Source: Phoronis australis
Lineage: Eukaryota; Animalia; Phoronida
Direction: 5' to 3'
DNA: 64,000 nt
Assembly (NCBI GenBank): GCA_002633005.1
Contig: NMRA01000089.1
Span: 939,842 to 1,003,841, forward strand
Shown here one piece after another: positions 1 to 14,019 of this stretch. Under the pieces are notes generated by a model. It saw nothing but the letters and a program-made list of their open reading frames with translations, made no database searches and had not been told where the DNA came from. Numbering within the stretch: the stretch's first letter is position 1; every line of letters begins with the position of its first letter. The position numbers were made by a program, and so were the translations under genes.

Positions 1-102
1 CGGTCGCCGCACCGGTCGCCGCACCGGTCGCCGCACCGGTCGCTGCAATTTCCGTACTAATCGACGTGCTAACTTTATACCTGTTGCTATGAGACGGGGC
101 CC
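1..102. mobile_element. Right end of a PIF/Harbinger-like MITE with a 12-bp tandem repeat (CCGGTCGCCGCA)
   Basis: About 3.5 copies of the 12-mer at 1-45; ends ...ATGAGACGGGGCCC, a GGGCCCCGTYTCA-type terminus. The left end lies outside the window. Confidence 0.45.
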
Positions 103-1365
103 AATTTTGTGCCGGACCCCTAACCTGTAGAATACTTAGCTTAATTAACCATTTTACCCGTTTACAAATTCGTCAACGACATTCAGCCATGCTGGACCCC
201 AGTTTGACCGATACAATAGTAAAAATTAAATTAGATTTAATCAAGTTTCTGTATCCTGTATATCAAATCGAATAATGATCTTTGATCCGGGTACAAAAGT
301 TTCCCAAAGCCGCGTGTCTTTGCATTATCTAATAATAATCGTCGAAAATTTGGCATTCGATTGTCGATGACCTCAACGCGTTTGAGGAAAAAGCTAAACT
401 TTGAGAGAACTTGTAAAATATTATCCGGTTTCAATTCTAATCAATTCAAAACCAATCAAAAATGACAATGATTCAGCAACTTAACGAAGATCGGACCTGT
501 GCTCAAAGCTAGACTCGAAAATTTACCAATTGCATGGCACGACTAAACTTACTCAATTTTACTAGAATAATGTAGCATGACTGGTTAAATTTCGAATCCG
601 AGCCTGAGTCGAGTCTTAGTAAGACGTTGTGAAATAGCATTTGTATTGTATAAGGTGAAGATATATTGAATGAGGTGAATATATATTGAATAGAAATGGG
701 GAAGAGTGGAGGAACGCCAATAACAAAATAAGTTGACTTTTGTATTTTACCAATATGTTTCAGAGAACTTATAAAAGGCCAAAAAGACTTTGAGGATAAA
801 GTAGCCAAAAGACAGCAGCGGAGTCCCTCGATCGTGCCCCAAGCATTGTTACTGGGCCAGTAGCGATGAAATAAGACGAGGCCTTGTTATAAAGAGCGAC
901 GTTTGGTGTTAGGCTCCAGTCAGAATATTTGTTTTACGTTCCTACCTCGCGATTGCAACAATTATTGTCATGTGACTGTTAACACATTACTGTTTGTTAA
1001 AATTCATATAAATTATCTAACCAAACTGGGTATATTTTCTTAGTCTACTTTCCTGGAGTGAAATTTAATTATATTATGTCATTGACTTGAAGTACCTCCT
1101 TGAAACAGATCCCTGAACGCACATGTCGCGGTTCGCAATTTCACAGCGATTTCAACGCCGAATGGCCTTTAACTCGCTCACGTGTATTTGTTCTAAGCGC
1201 TTTCCTTGAATTGGAATTGGCAGCAATAGAACGCCTGCGATTCCCCTCAGTGTTACACTACTTCGCCAGCTGAATCTAACACGCAGTGTCTTCATAATCC
1301 CGGTTTGAAGAATAACAAACTGTCAATTTTTCTCAGCTATACATCCTATCAAGGCAATTGATGAA

Positions 1366-1500
1366 TACACAACTTGTGACTACGTAGCTTATGACTACAA
1401 AATTTGTGGCTGCACAGTTTGCGTCTGCGCAAATTTTGAGTACACAGTTTGGGACTGCGCACTTTGTGACTGCACAGTTTGCGACTGCGCAATTTGTGAC
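1366..1500. repeat. 15-bp minisatellite, 9 units (consensus TGCACAGTTTGTGAC)
   Basis: Nine consecutive 15-mers with no indels, read directly from the sequence. Confidence 0.9.
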
Positions 1501-1689
1501 ATACAGAGTTATACGTGAATACAGTTTGCGGATTTCGCATCAACACTTGAAGTTGTTTACTCGTTTCGCTGGTTCATGAAACTTCTTAAGGGATAGAATT
1601 TATATTGTACTCCGCCATACACACACGCGCACACACGCACGCACATCCACCTGTCTCGTTGATTTCTTCTCGCGATCAAAATCATCCAC

Positions 1690-2583
1690 AGGTCACTCGC
1701 TGAGATTTTTCAGTTTTCTTTCTCCTGAGAAACCCTCATTTGTACACAACGTTAACCCTTTTACACCACCAGGGTTGGAACCATGAGCTTTACTTTGGGG
1801 AGTGTCGAACGCAATTTGAATAACTTCTTGAAACAATGTGAAACCGTGTGTGTTCAGATTGGTCGATGAAGTGCAGCAGACGTATTTCATGTTTCGGTAA
1901 AGTTATTTTTTCTGGCTTTTTGGTCAGAGTTTGACAAGTTTCACTTACTTTGAAAGCGTGAATTTTTCTGTTGAGTTTTAGGAAAATGAAATTAAAGCTA
2001 GAAGTGGCGACCTACTGAGCAAGTTACGAAAACGTCAACTAATCCGAGCAAGAGGGTGACTGTGCCCTCGTTTGAGTCGGCCCGCAGGGTGTTCAGTTTT
2101 CATAAACAGTGCCGTCCCGGATAACACAGCCAGTGAAGCAAACGATTTCCCAAAAAGAACTGAAAGTGCAGTTTAGAATATATTTGAATATTACGATGCC
2201 TTTATAATTAATTTTAAGTAGTTAGAACTTACTTAATTGCCTCTTAATCGGATTGGCTGCTGCTTGAAGTCGCCATTGTTTAGTTTACATCAAAGTTCAA
2301 AGGTCACATTTTCCATATAAGGTAATGTGTTATGTTTACGTCTTACCATACCAAGTAAAGAGACGTAGTTTGCCTTATGGGAGAAAAATCGACGAAGTGA
2401 CGAATAGTTGAAAGATCAAATTTTTGAAATTTGAAACTAAGAAAAGGTTTGACATGAACAGAAATTCAAAATCTTTACGAACAAATTGTAAAAATACCTG
2501 AACAGGTTGAATTCTGTTTCAGTAGCAGGAAACCACAGACTAAATAATGCAATTTAGTCTCTTTTTTCTCGTTCCACGCCTCT
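1690..2583 (-). mobile_element. Kolobok-like DNA transposon fragment with THAP-domain relic
   Basis: Terminus GTTCCACGCCTCT|TTAA at 2571-2587; minus ORF 1693-1890 MKYVCC..NxNTHGFTLF...RKLK resembles a degraded THAP zinc finger. The other terminus was not found. Confidence 0.5.
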
Positions 2584-4810
2584 TTAATGGGCTTATCCCG
2601 AAGAAAAAATGAACTGTGAGCCCACAAACCAAACTTATTTTCACAATGGAAAAGTTCGAGACCGGTTTCATAACGGTGATTGATCTAAATAAAAACTTGT
2701 TTTTTACGGAAAGTACGTGCTTAATGTCGCTTTAAGAACTTTTCCTCCAATACAAACGCGTTTCTAACGCCTACCTACTTTCAGTCATTTATTAACGTAT
2801 GGTTAATACAGACATATATGATCCTAGAAAGATCTACGGAATGTTTTGAGGTTTTTAATTAGTCTTAAAGATGAGCATATATCTGTAATCAGTAGCAAGA
2901 ACTACGCTTCACTTCAAATTAGTACGCAGTTTAATTAAGAAAATTGTGACTTAACTGCTAATGAGTGATTGTGCTCAGCGTCGATTCTGACGTATTTTTA
3001 ATTACGCTAGCTCCTGATCAGCACGACATCCCGAGTCTTTCACTAATTACGAAAGTAGCAATTCGATTGGCGATGTACTTGACTTTGGAGATCCGAGGAT
3101 GTCTCGAGAGGGTCCCAACCACAATTTCAGAATTACAAACGTTCGCAGTGTCCTTACATTGCTATCCCCGCACAGTTTTTTATAGACTCTGTAAAATGAG
3201 CACCCATAAATCCGCTTAGGTTTTTTTGTCTTTAAAATGAGCTTAAAGGAATAGGCAACAGTTTTTGTGTCACTTTTGGTTAAATTACGATTTTCTATTT
3301 GTCCTGAATGAATTTCCAAGTAAAGTGATTTCCCGGGTTCTAATTTAATGTGCATGCGTAACTCCGGAAGTGACGTTCGCGGCCCTAGTTATTTTCGGCC
3401 ACCTTTGTGGGGACATCTGCTGATTGTATACTATTTTCCTAAAAAAATGCCATAATTATTTGTCTTTGAAAAGTATTCTCGGACAATCCTAGACTGAACT
3501 AGAAATCAAATGTGTAGGATATAGCCATCGTTTCATCTACAGCGGAGGGAAATAAGACCCCATTAGACAACTAATGAAACAAGAATCACACATGGTGAAG
3601 CTGTACTGCTGGCTGGCCTTGTACTCTGGGGTTGTCTTGACTCACAACTGCAGCTGCACCTCGCGACGCTTTGCGAGTAAAAACGCTTCTAACAAGTGAC
3701 GACGAAGCAAAGAAGGAAAATACTGATGATATATCATCCGAATCGCATGTAAACAAAGCTGGCGTGGGAATGATTGGGGTGTGAACGTCACTTCCGATCG
3801 AGTGACGCATACGTAATTCATTAGAATCCCGGAATTATATGTACGTCGCAGAAAATCGTAATTCAATCAAAGATAACAGTAAAAATGATTCTTTCCCATT
3901 AAAGGCCTAGCTAATTTATAAAATCCAGACAGTTGTCCATTCGTGATTTTGTCCTGGTGAAATTAAAAAACTTTCGAATTTCGATTTCTATTTTCTCTCA
4001 AAAACTAAACAGAAAATTGTTTCGAATTTTTCAGTTGTCATAAACAGATTCCATTTTCGTTTTTGTTTTCATGAACGGTCTCAACGCAGAGGTACTCTGA
4101 TATTTGATTGACGAGGACTTATAAGCTTGTATTATGCGCTGGTGCAATATCAGGTTGGGTCTGGCTGATACACTCGGGAGTTCGCTTACGTAGCGAAATG
4201 ACAGATCGAATTTTGTTTTTTCAAAACAAGTAACCGATCTCATTAATAAAGCGTGGATTAATTGGCAAACTTACTCAGTATAATACATGCATTTTAAAAC
4301 GCGTATTGGGATTAACAATGACCTCGTATAGGAAAAGCCTGCCTCTTCCGGAATTCGCAGACATAAATGAGGTTCATACGGCCGTTGCTAATTCTTTGGA
4401 GCAAAGGCAGGTACTGCTGAGAAAATAAAATGATGTGAGATCTTACATAACCCCTCATGTCCTTACAGTCTCTATAAGTGTGCCTTGGAACCTTCTTATA
4501 ATATCTTACAGTTTTGATATCGAAAGGTGGACGCACGGCACCCCTGTGGGCAGTTCACTGTACTATGTACTGGGGAAGCATTTGTGACGGTGTACATAAA
4601 TGAATGCCGTCTAGTCTCGTTAATTCTTTTCCCGCTGGAAACTAACTGTAAGATGTCGACATTTGTTTGTGACGAAGATTTCTCTCGATACCCTTACAGT
4701 TGGGGCCCACGTAGGAGATTGCTTTTTTGAAAATTTGTATCGGGGGCGTTTAGTTTGTACCCATTAAAAAACGTCTCACACTTACGATACAAGACTATCG
4801 TGGGTCAAAT

Positions 4811-4991
4811 GAGTGAACGTTACACACGTAAATTACGTGCGTAAACTAATTCTTGTTAGAGGCTTAAAATAATTATTTGCGGGGTAAAGTAATTATTAGG
4901 GGCGTAAAGTAACTTTGTACGCCGCAAAAATACTTTACGCCTCTAATAAGAATTGATTTAAGGACGTAATTTACGTGCGTAACGTTCACCC
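4811..4991. mobile_element. Palindromic MITE with AT flanks
   Basis: GAGTGAACGTTACACACGTAAATTACGT pairs with ACGTAATTTACGTGCGTAACGTTCACCC; the inverted repeat extends inward; AT on both sides. Confidence 0.8.
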
Positions 4992-5569
4992 ATATGGTCA
5001 GCGACACAAGACTGCGGTAAAAGTTGTTAAAGAATGATTCACATGGACTCATACATTAAAGCAATGGAGTGACATCGCTCCGAAAGAATACGAACATTAA
5101 ATCAGACTAAACACAAATGTTCCTGTTTATATATTGTTTTGGGATTTGTCTACGTTGATGCAGTGGCTACTAAATTTAGAATACATTTGGAGGGAAGTCT
5201 TCATTGATTTGAGATTTTTCAAAAGCCGACTTCATAAAGGTATCACCTAATGTTGCGATTCATCATTTTATTACCTGCTTTCTGAGCTGATTTTGCTCTA
5301 CTGTAAACTTTATTCACGTAAACAAGCTAATGTTGCAGACAAGTGAAGTTCAACAAGAGTAAACATTTGGAAAATTTTGAATCATTAGTGGTGAGTATGT
5401 ACCGCACATCAATCACAAAATAGAAATAAGGAAAATCTGAGAATTTAAAAAAGAAAGAAAATGTAATACTATCATAACTGCGCCATAATCCTGCGCACTA
5501 GTACATTAAACAAACGCGTCAGCCGACGCCGTTTGTGTGAAGTTGTTGATTATTCGTTTACAGACAACA

Positions 5570-5745
5570 TGAATGACATTTTCGAAAATTATAGCACGAC
5601 AAGTGTCGACTTAAATTCCTTTCTTTTTTGCACATATTATGGTTAGATCCAAAGAAATTTGATGACAATGGCGTGGAAGTACATACATGCTTGTTGGTAT
5701 TATGTCGATTTCTCGAAAGTCTTTGATTCAATCGTCCATAAATTT
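5570..5745 (+). pseudogene. Short LINE (CR1/L2-like) reverse transcriptase fragment
   Basis: Translates to ...VDFSKVFDSIVHK (the DFSKAFDxVxH RT motif), preceded by STT- and DDNG-like relics across frameshifts. Confidence 0.55.
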
Positions 5746-8373
5746 TGCATACAATTTGAATGCATGACACGTACAAGGCTGTGTGTGAGAAGTGTAAGAG
5801 ATGTATGTCGAATACAGAGCATGTTTCTCAAAGCTTTATCTTCTTGTATGCGATGGTGGCTAGTGTAAGAGAACCTGGTGCAACTGAGCAGAATAAAACA
5901 CAAACAAGACGTCACCATCTAAATTTTTAATAAATTTGTTATCACTGGCCATTTACAGATTCCAGTTGGGGAGATTTCTGAATAAAAACACTGCGTTTAT
6001 GTTAATAATTCTAAAACACAGAATTCAGCATCTTAAATTATCATTTTATACTGCACTATACACAGCTCACTGCTCAAATAATAAAAAAACAAACACCAGT
6101 GACGTAATTATCAAAAATGGCTATCTCAAGTTACTGCCTCGTTCCTTATTGTGCGAAATTGGATACTTTCGTACCAACGAGGAAATTTAGGAGAGTCATC
6201 AGTACACAGACGTTGCTTTATATTCTTTTCATCCATTTGTTAAAGGACCGACACGTCCTGATTGCATAAGGTGGCACTACTTCGTTCATAGAATCCGCAA
6301 TTATACCAAGGCAGACGTAATTGGCGCAAAATAACACGTCTGCGTCCTGAAACATGAGAACAAAAGAACACTCAGGAGACCACTTAATTAAAGCAACACA
6401 AACGAAGAAGCTGGAGTGGTAAATGATAATAAAAGCGGTAATAAGTATATCGTAGACATCAGCATTGTTTTATTGTGAAATTCATTGATACTATTTGTTT
6501 AACACTGGCAAATTCTGGGTATCGTAAGAGGGGTCCAATCACAACTTCCGAAGGAACGTGTCCGCCTGAACCCCTAAAACACCTTGCCGGCGGCGTTTTG
6601 GTAGTACACACGAGAACCCCCTTAAATCCCTCTACGCATTGCCACATATATGTGAATGCTGATAACGATGGCCAATCAGGAAATCGAAAATCGGTTTACA
6701 GTTCAAAATCATTCTTTATTCGAAGACGTTGTCAGTTTTTCCTTAACAGTGAGTTGCATTTGTAATAGCTGAAATGAGCTAACAAAGTGTAACGTCATTT
6801 TTTGGTGAACGACTTGTCACGAACAGAAAGTTATTCGAGTTCGCAGAGGCTGATTAAACTAAAAACTTGCTAACTGGAGATTTTCTTTATGGTGTAGCAG
6901 ATTTCAATAGAATAAAAGAATGCGCAAGATAATTTTGAAGCTAGTAATTTGTTGTCAGCAAAACTGGCGGCACGGTCATTGTCCACGAGTATGTTGAAAC
7001 AGCAGCTTTGCTAAGGGGTACCTTCAACGTAATAAGGTAACATTATTTGGCTGCACTGCTCAAGACTGGAGCTTGTGCTTGTCAAAATAGTTATACAAGA
7101 GTCGATGCTGAGAATTCCCGAGGCCACAAACGATTTTGGCGACACCTGGTGGTGGCGTGTATCGATGATGAGACAAACGGTTGGGAGCTATGAACTCTCG
7201 AGGTCTTACGTATTTCAGTGGTTAAAACCCAGTTCATGTTTTTTGTTTAAAAACCAGAGTTCACTTCTTTCAAACATCTGAGACCCAGCTTCGACCAACA
7301 TCCACATACACTGACAGCGCAGCACTTGCTGCTTCGTGTGCGGCTAGTAAAAGAGCAAGTTTCTTGCGAGAAAATCAACTGAGACCACAGAAAACCTCGC
7401 AAGTCGAGACCTTACTGGCGTACACCAGGAAACTTGTGATTGGTGGCCGAGGCTGGAATGGTGAATTACAGGAGAAAGCTCCTTTACATAAGCAAGGAAT
7501 CTTCGAGACTGCGTTGCGTTTATGGAACCGCCCCAGGCCATAAGTACGGCTCGATACCTCAGCCGTGTTCACCCACTCGGTGAGGCATAAGGTTATCTTT
7601 TGACCTGGACTACGTGGCTATACTCTAAAAAGTGAAAAAATGGTTTGAACATAGTGTGAAGGAGTGTATTGTTTACGGCAGCTAAAACAGATATTGGTTG
7701 GGATTCAACCCTCTTTGCCTCAAGGCCAACACACACCACCAGGTGTCGTAGATGCTTGAAGAAATGACAATAGCAGACGAAAGGTAGCTTCAGATTCTAA
7801 CAAGTCCAGTAAAGATTGATACTTAAATAATTTGTTATACCTAACCGGATAATTGATAAGAGATAAGTGATATGATGTTTCATTGCCTGCGATGTCGTCC
7901 TCTCGTTTTGCATTCTGTGTCAGACTGTATAGGATGTAAGTAGTTGTCGTTAAACCAATTGAGGCCAACTTCTAAACAGCTCAGTAATCATATCAATTAT
8001 ACGCGTTTATTTGAAAGCAATTATTGAATATCGCGCGTTAATCCTTCGCGTGAGCTGACAAGATGACAGGTTTATGCAATCTTTGATAAAACGGGCCACT
8101 GGTTGATACAATTACATAAAATTAACGCTCTTAATTGAGTTAGGTTGTAAACCATAGCATACTGCACAACGGCGACTCGTTTTGACAGTTGAATAGAGGC
8201 GAGATTTGGTGTGAGGTGTGCAGCGGGTTTTGCATTGCTCATAAATTTACCAAGTTCGGTTGATGAAGTTGTATAGGTCAAAATCTCCTTAAAATCACGC
8301 CAGACAACTGACAAAGTCCGGGACACACGGAAGATTAGGGGCTGGCATTTATCCCGTTACTTGTTGGATTGGA

Positions 8374-8447
8374 ATACGCCGGATAAGGACTTATCCGGCG
8401 TATAAGGCCTTATACGCCGGATAGCAAGTTTTATGCAACCGGGCCCA
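8374..8447. mobile_element. Palindrome-rich right end of a Harbinger-like MITE
   Basis: Nested palindromes in TACGCCGGATAAG..CTTATCCGGCGTATAAGGCCTTATACGCCGGATA, ending TTTTATGCAACCGGGCCC. Confidence 0.5.
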
Positions 8448-8572
8448 GGTGAATATTACGTAATGATTGTGAGTTTTTTCATAAACATTATCCTTATATA
8501 AATGCAAACAAGCAAGATTGTCTTGTAAGGGTACATGTCTACTGTCCGAAAAGTAAATACATGTATACTACT

Positions 8573-9227
8573 TTAGGCCGTTGTGGGTAAAATCTGACCG
8601 GATAAAATCTTCCTAGAGTAATCTAAATTATTTACCAGCGTTGCAAAAATTGGTTTTCTACAATTATTCTGCTGCTAAAATTATTGGTGTGACCTTTTGC
8701 GTCGACTTCCGACGCAATGAAATATTGCGTCACCTATTAGCCAGTTTCTTTTTCCCAGATTCTTCAATCAAACGTTCTCCCTCGAGGTTGCGTAAACGTC
8801 ACGACAAATGATCAAAATTGGTTTCACTTCATTATTTGTTTTTGATTTCAGTGAACCAAATTTTAGAACAAATTTTGCTGAGATGTTGTCACCATCTAAT
8901 GGGAGATGTCGAAAACATTTTGTAAGTGGCGCGTGTCACGTATGAACTCTTCAAAACGACGACATACGTTTTTTCGTTACAAAAGGCAGAGACGTCGGGT
9001 GTGTTTCGTTTAAACGGCCGTAACGGGCAACTTGAATGCCAATTGACTTCCAAAGTTTGCATGCACACTTGCCGGTCTTGAGCTCATGTTGATACAAGCT
9101 TTTCGACGAGGTGACAAGCGTACATGTAACTATCCGGGCTGTATGAAGTTTCGAGGTCTGTTTGAGCTCAATGCGCAGTGACACCTTGCTGTATTCTGAA
9201 AATAGTCTTCACAGCTAGCTGGCTAGA
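8573..9227 (-). mobile_element. Inverted internal fragment of the 5.2-kb Tc1/mariner family (host of copy A)
   Basis: Reverse complement of ~36150-36803; ends at the TA (9228-9229) where copy A begins. Confidence 0.9.
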
Positions 9228-9229
9228 TA

Positions 9230-12200
9230 CAGCACACATCACGAATTTTTGGCCGACCGGTCGGAAATTGGTCGACGACCGGCCGTCGACCGGTCGTCTA
9301 GCCGACCAGCAGCCGACCAACAACGGTCGGCTAGGAGCCGTCTACTGAGTCGCCTCTGTGGTTGGCACTTGGGTCGGCTAAGTGGTCGCCTAGCGTAGAC
9401 GACCAATTCGGATTAAGCGTGTCCTTGGTCGGCAATTACCATTTTATGACTTAACAAACATTTTACTGTTCGCTGTTGGTTCACCACTGGCAACTCAGGT
9501 CTTATCATCGGTTTATAAACTTTTGTTCAACTATTGAAAGGAAATAAAATCGAATCAACTTACAAATACGAAGTGCGTGACATTACATCAGTCTAAAAAT
9601 TTATGTTGAATTAATGACGGCGTGGTAAAATCAAACGTTAAGTGATATCGCGGAAGCATAATTTCTAAATTTAGATAATATGAGACTTTTTATACAGTAC
9701 ATTTTGCACAAAAACAAGCACGAAATTTGAAATTTACAGTGAAATTGCATAACAATCAGAATACAACACTCAATACACGACCTCAAGTGTTTTCATGCAG
9801 CGGAATGCTCAACAAGCATCACGCATTTGCGCTCATCCGTTATTGCTCTTGATGATCACTTCATCACGCTGTATATTGCGATTTACCACAGATAATTATT
9901 GCTTATTTCTGTATAATATCTTAATATGTTGGTACAGCAATAGAACCCAATTTTATTTTAGAAACAACATAAACAATGGTTTGAACATAGCGCCAATCAC
10001 TTCATCACGCTGTATATTGCGATTTACCACAGATAATTATTGCTTATTTCTGTATAATTTCTTAATATGTGGGTACAGCAATAGAACCGAATTATATTTC
10101 AGAAACAACATAAACAATGGTTTGAACATAGCGCCGATATTAAATCATGGGCGCATGAAAACGGAAGACTGATCGGTTTATAGTGTCGTCCATCATCCAT
10201 CATCATTCAGAAATTGTTGTCACTTTCGCAGTAAAACATCTTTTCGAAACTAGAGCCTTTCTACGTAGCCAGCTAGTTGCATGAAGACTATTTTCAAAAT
10301 ACAGCAAGGTGCCACTGCTTATTGAGACCAAACAGACCTCGATACTTCACACAGCCCGGATAGTTACGTTTGTCACCTCGTCGAAAAGCTTGTATCAACA
10401 TGTGCTCAAGACTGGCGGGTGTGCATGCAAAATCTGGAAGTCAATTGGCATTCAAGTTGCCCGTTACAGCCGTTTAAGTGAGAAACATCCGACGTCATCT
10501 TCTTGCGTAATTCTCTGCCTTTTTAACGAAAAAACGTATATCGTCGTTTTGAAAAAAGTTCACTGTGTCACGCGCCACTTCCAAAATGTTTTCAACATCT
10601 CCCATTAGATGATGAACACATCTCAGCAAAATTTGTTCTAAAATTCGGTTCACTGATATCAAAATTCCAAAATCATATAATGAAGTGAAACCAATTCTGA
10701 TCATTTGTTGTGACGTTTACGTAACCTCGAGGGAGAACGTTTGATTGAAGAATCTGGGAAAAAGAAACTGGCTAAAAGGTGACGCAATATTTAATTGGGG
10801 CGAAAGTCGACGCATAAGATCACAACATAACTTTAGCAGCAGAATAATTGTAGAAAACCATTTTTTGCAACGCTGGTAAATAATTTAGTTTACTCTAGGA
10901 AGATTTTATTTTGTCAGTTTTTACCCACAATGGCGCAAATTTGTATATTTAATTTAGTAAACAGCTTCGCACCAAGGCTACAGCCTTCCGAGTCCTTTCG
11001 CGTAAGAACACAATACTTGGCGTTTTGCGTATACTCCAAGGGGTAAAACTTTGAAAATAATATTTTCGGGGTAACCTGGTACATGTAATCCTAAAAAAAG
11101 TAGTCTGTGTTTTCATGTAGAGCGTAAAATGATTAACCCATTGATTCAAGAAGAACACTCTCGCAAACGAAAACGCACACAATTTTCAGCTATATTACAC
11201 TGGTTAAAAAACAACTTCTATAAGTTTATTGCATCGAATTCTAGTGATCACAGGGCAAGTCAAAACTCTTAAAGGGGCGCAATTTCAAACCTTTGGCATG
11301 AATCAGTGATATAAAAATGGAAATATATGTAGACCGACTTTAGTTCATCAGCAATCTAGACACAACAGTTACAGACACTCACTGCGTTTGTTAACGTCGT
11401 GTGGCAATGATAAAAATAATTTGTTCTACTATGATTGATAACGAGTTTTACTCTGATGAGGTATGATGCAATATGCACGTCTGATATGCAGAGTCAGCAG
11501 TTGCAAAAATATTTACTGGGTTTAATGAATCCGTTTGTTATGAACCACTGCAAAAGTATAATTACTAATTGTACATTCGAAGCACGCCTCATTAGAATAA
11601 AAACATACACATGCTTGATGATCCTGGGAGTACCTCTTTTACAGGCATGAATGAAGATATATAGTTGTTAAGCCATAGAGGATAATAAAGCTTAGATAAT
11701 ATCACACTGAGCCATGTACACCAGGATACAAAGGATACAGTAGTTCAAAAGATGCCTCAACTACTCATTTTTCATAGTCATAACTACTCATTTTTCATAG
11801 TATTACTAAATCACGAACACCTAGATTTATATTAGAAGTTACATAGTACGATGCTACACAACCTGCTCTACCCATTTATGGGAGGCCTAATTTGAAACAT
11901 TTAACGACATATCTTTTCTATGCATGATTAAAACCAAGCAAAACATGCAAACTCTCCAGGACCAAAAATAAATATCTCAAAACCAGACATTTTACTTAAG
12001 CAGGAATTAAAATAATCAAATACATTGAGATTGTTTTCACACAGAAGACCAAAGAGCAAATAAAAACCAAATTGACCACGTCAAGACTGAAAATTTATAA
12101 CATCAGCACCTATAATTTATCAAGTGAGGACCAAAAATTCTTCACATCAGGATCAAAATAAAATACGACCGAACTAAAAATTTAATAAGTCAGGTTCATA

Positions 12201-13765
12201 AACTTACCATGTCAGTAACTTTCACGCCAGAACACCACGTCACCATCCCCAAGCATTGATCTTTCAAAATGATACTGTCCGTACTATACTAAACAAGGGC
12301 TATATGTTCTACCTCTCGCCGACAACAGACATATTATCTTCGAAATGGGGTTGAATTTCTTTCGTCTAATCCTCGTTTTACAATAGATGCCAATGTATAG
12401 GTACACACTGGATTGTCATCATTGCATAATGGGTGATCACGTACTCTCCGGGCACGAAAACAATTCTCTCCGGGCACGAAAACAATTCTCTCCGGGCGTG
12501 ATGCGTTTTCTAACGCAATAAATCCTGGTTGCCAATTGTTTTTGATTCTACAGAGATTTCAATTCCTGAATAGAAAATGTGTGTTCTGGATTTTTCCGCT
12601 TCAGCTTTCCATTCAGGTAACTAGTGCACAGCACAGTGTTTTTACTATCCCGTGCGGCTCCACTGCAACGAATCACTTCTGGTACAATCTTTGTAAACGA
12701 CGTTCGTATTTTGCACATTTCTTCGGGGTAACAGTTTTCCAAGAGCTATATATTCATTGGACAAGTTTCTGTTTGGTAATTGGTTTTATTTTCTGTCTCA
12801 AGTAGTCCTTGAGCTCATGCTCTGAATGTTTTGAAAACGCAACTCTTTATTTACGCAGATACGTTTTCCTGCCCGTGGGCACCGACTCGCTGAATTCACC
12901 AACCAAACATTTATTTTTGAAAATGCACTCAAAAGTGTAGTTAAAACACCGTGTTGATCATAGTCGTCAGTGCCGAAAAGCGAAATGAACAAATTTGTAT
13001 ACCCTGCTCAAAGCACTTTTGTGGACACTGACATACGGAAACGCCAACGTCTCTGTCTTACAACTCTGCGTGTGCTTGGCATTTCTGATCAAAGCGCTCT
13101 CATGCTGGAAACTTTATTAAGACTGAGCACCGTTTCAAAAAATTGTATTTTTTCTTACAGCTGAGCACAGAATTATTATGCGATTTTAGGACTGAAACGG
13201 AACCAAATCTCTAGTGGTGACTCATTAGAATGTGCAAAATTCGTGGAGGGGGGTGGCTGGCAATACAAGCATGATTTTTTATTTTCGCGCCAAACATGTA
13301 GTTACCACTTCTCATTCAGCGTCACTTACTACCTGAGGTGGCCAGATCGTACATGTACGCTATCAAGATCACCAGACGCTTTGCTTCTCAAAAGTGCACC
13401 TTTGTGTATTTTCTATCATTTTTTGCCATCGCAATCGCACATATGCCACGCAGAGACAAATACCTCTTCACCACGTATTCACATCTTCCCGTTCACAATT
13501 GTTTTATTTTGCATAATTTGTCAATATGTTGTTGACAGAAAATATTTATTTTTGGAACAACGTGAACGACCAACTGATAGGGGACTACGTGTATACATGT
13601 AACTGCTAGCCCAGATTTTAACGTCACCGATACACTGAAAACGGAATGCGCAAGGCTACTTTGCTGTAGCCTCAACAGTGGTGATGTCACCGTCTTAGTT
13701 CGTGGAAATCGTAACCATAATATGATTTCGAAGTTAGAGCCATCGAAGTCCGTGGGTTTAGGGCA
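9230..13765 (+). mobile_element. 5.2-kb Tc1/mariner-type element, copy A (right end lost in assembly gap)
   Basis: Terminus TA|CAGCACACATCACGAATTTTTG; nearly identical to 51537-55945; private ~140-bp tandem duplication at 9856-10135 and a ~22-bp duplication near 12445-12497. Confidence 0.92.
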
Positions 13766-13865
13766 NNNNNNNNNNNNNNNNNNNNNNNNNNNNNNNNNNN
13801 NNNNNNNNNNNNNNNNNNNNNNNNNNNNNNNNNNNNNNNNNNNNNNNNNNNNNNNNNNNNNNNNN
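13766..13865. other. Assembly gap (100 N)
   Basis: Run of N. Confidence 1.
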
Positions 13866-13924
13866 GTCTTTTTGGTTAATTATCGACACATTTTTTAAGA
13901 TTTAATATTCATGTTGGACTCCAT

Positions 13925-14019
13925 AGACCGGCCATTTAACTCACGCAATGTAAATTTCCGCTTATTTTATCACAGTGAGCCTCGCTTTGGATTTCAATGT
14001 CCGCCGCGTGAATTGGGTC
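13925..14019. mobile_element. ~95-bp mini-MITE with AT flanks (ISL2EU-like termini)
   Basis: AT|AGACC...TCACGC at the left and GCGTGAATTGGGTCT|AT at the right; imperfect inverted ends. Confidence 0.4.

Noticed and set aside
5250-5396. GTGAGT donor at 5391 as the signal-peptide exon of the Ig gene
   Set aside because: No in-frame ATG with a hydrophobic leader; it could be a UTR exon but there is no support.
9795-13690. Short ORFs recurring at 9.8-13.7, 35.8 and 52-56 kb as a conserved gene cluster
   Set aside because: The recurrence reflects copies of one TE; frames are not preserved in the more diverged copies.
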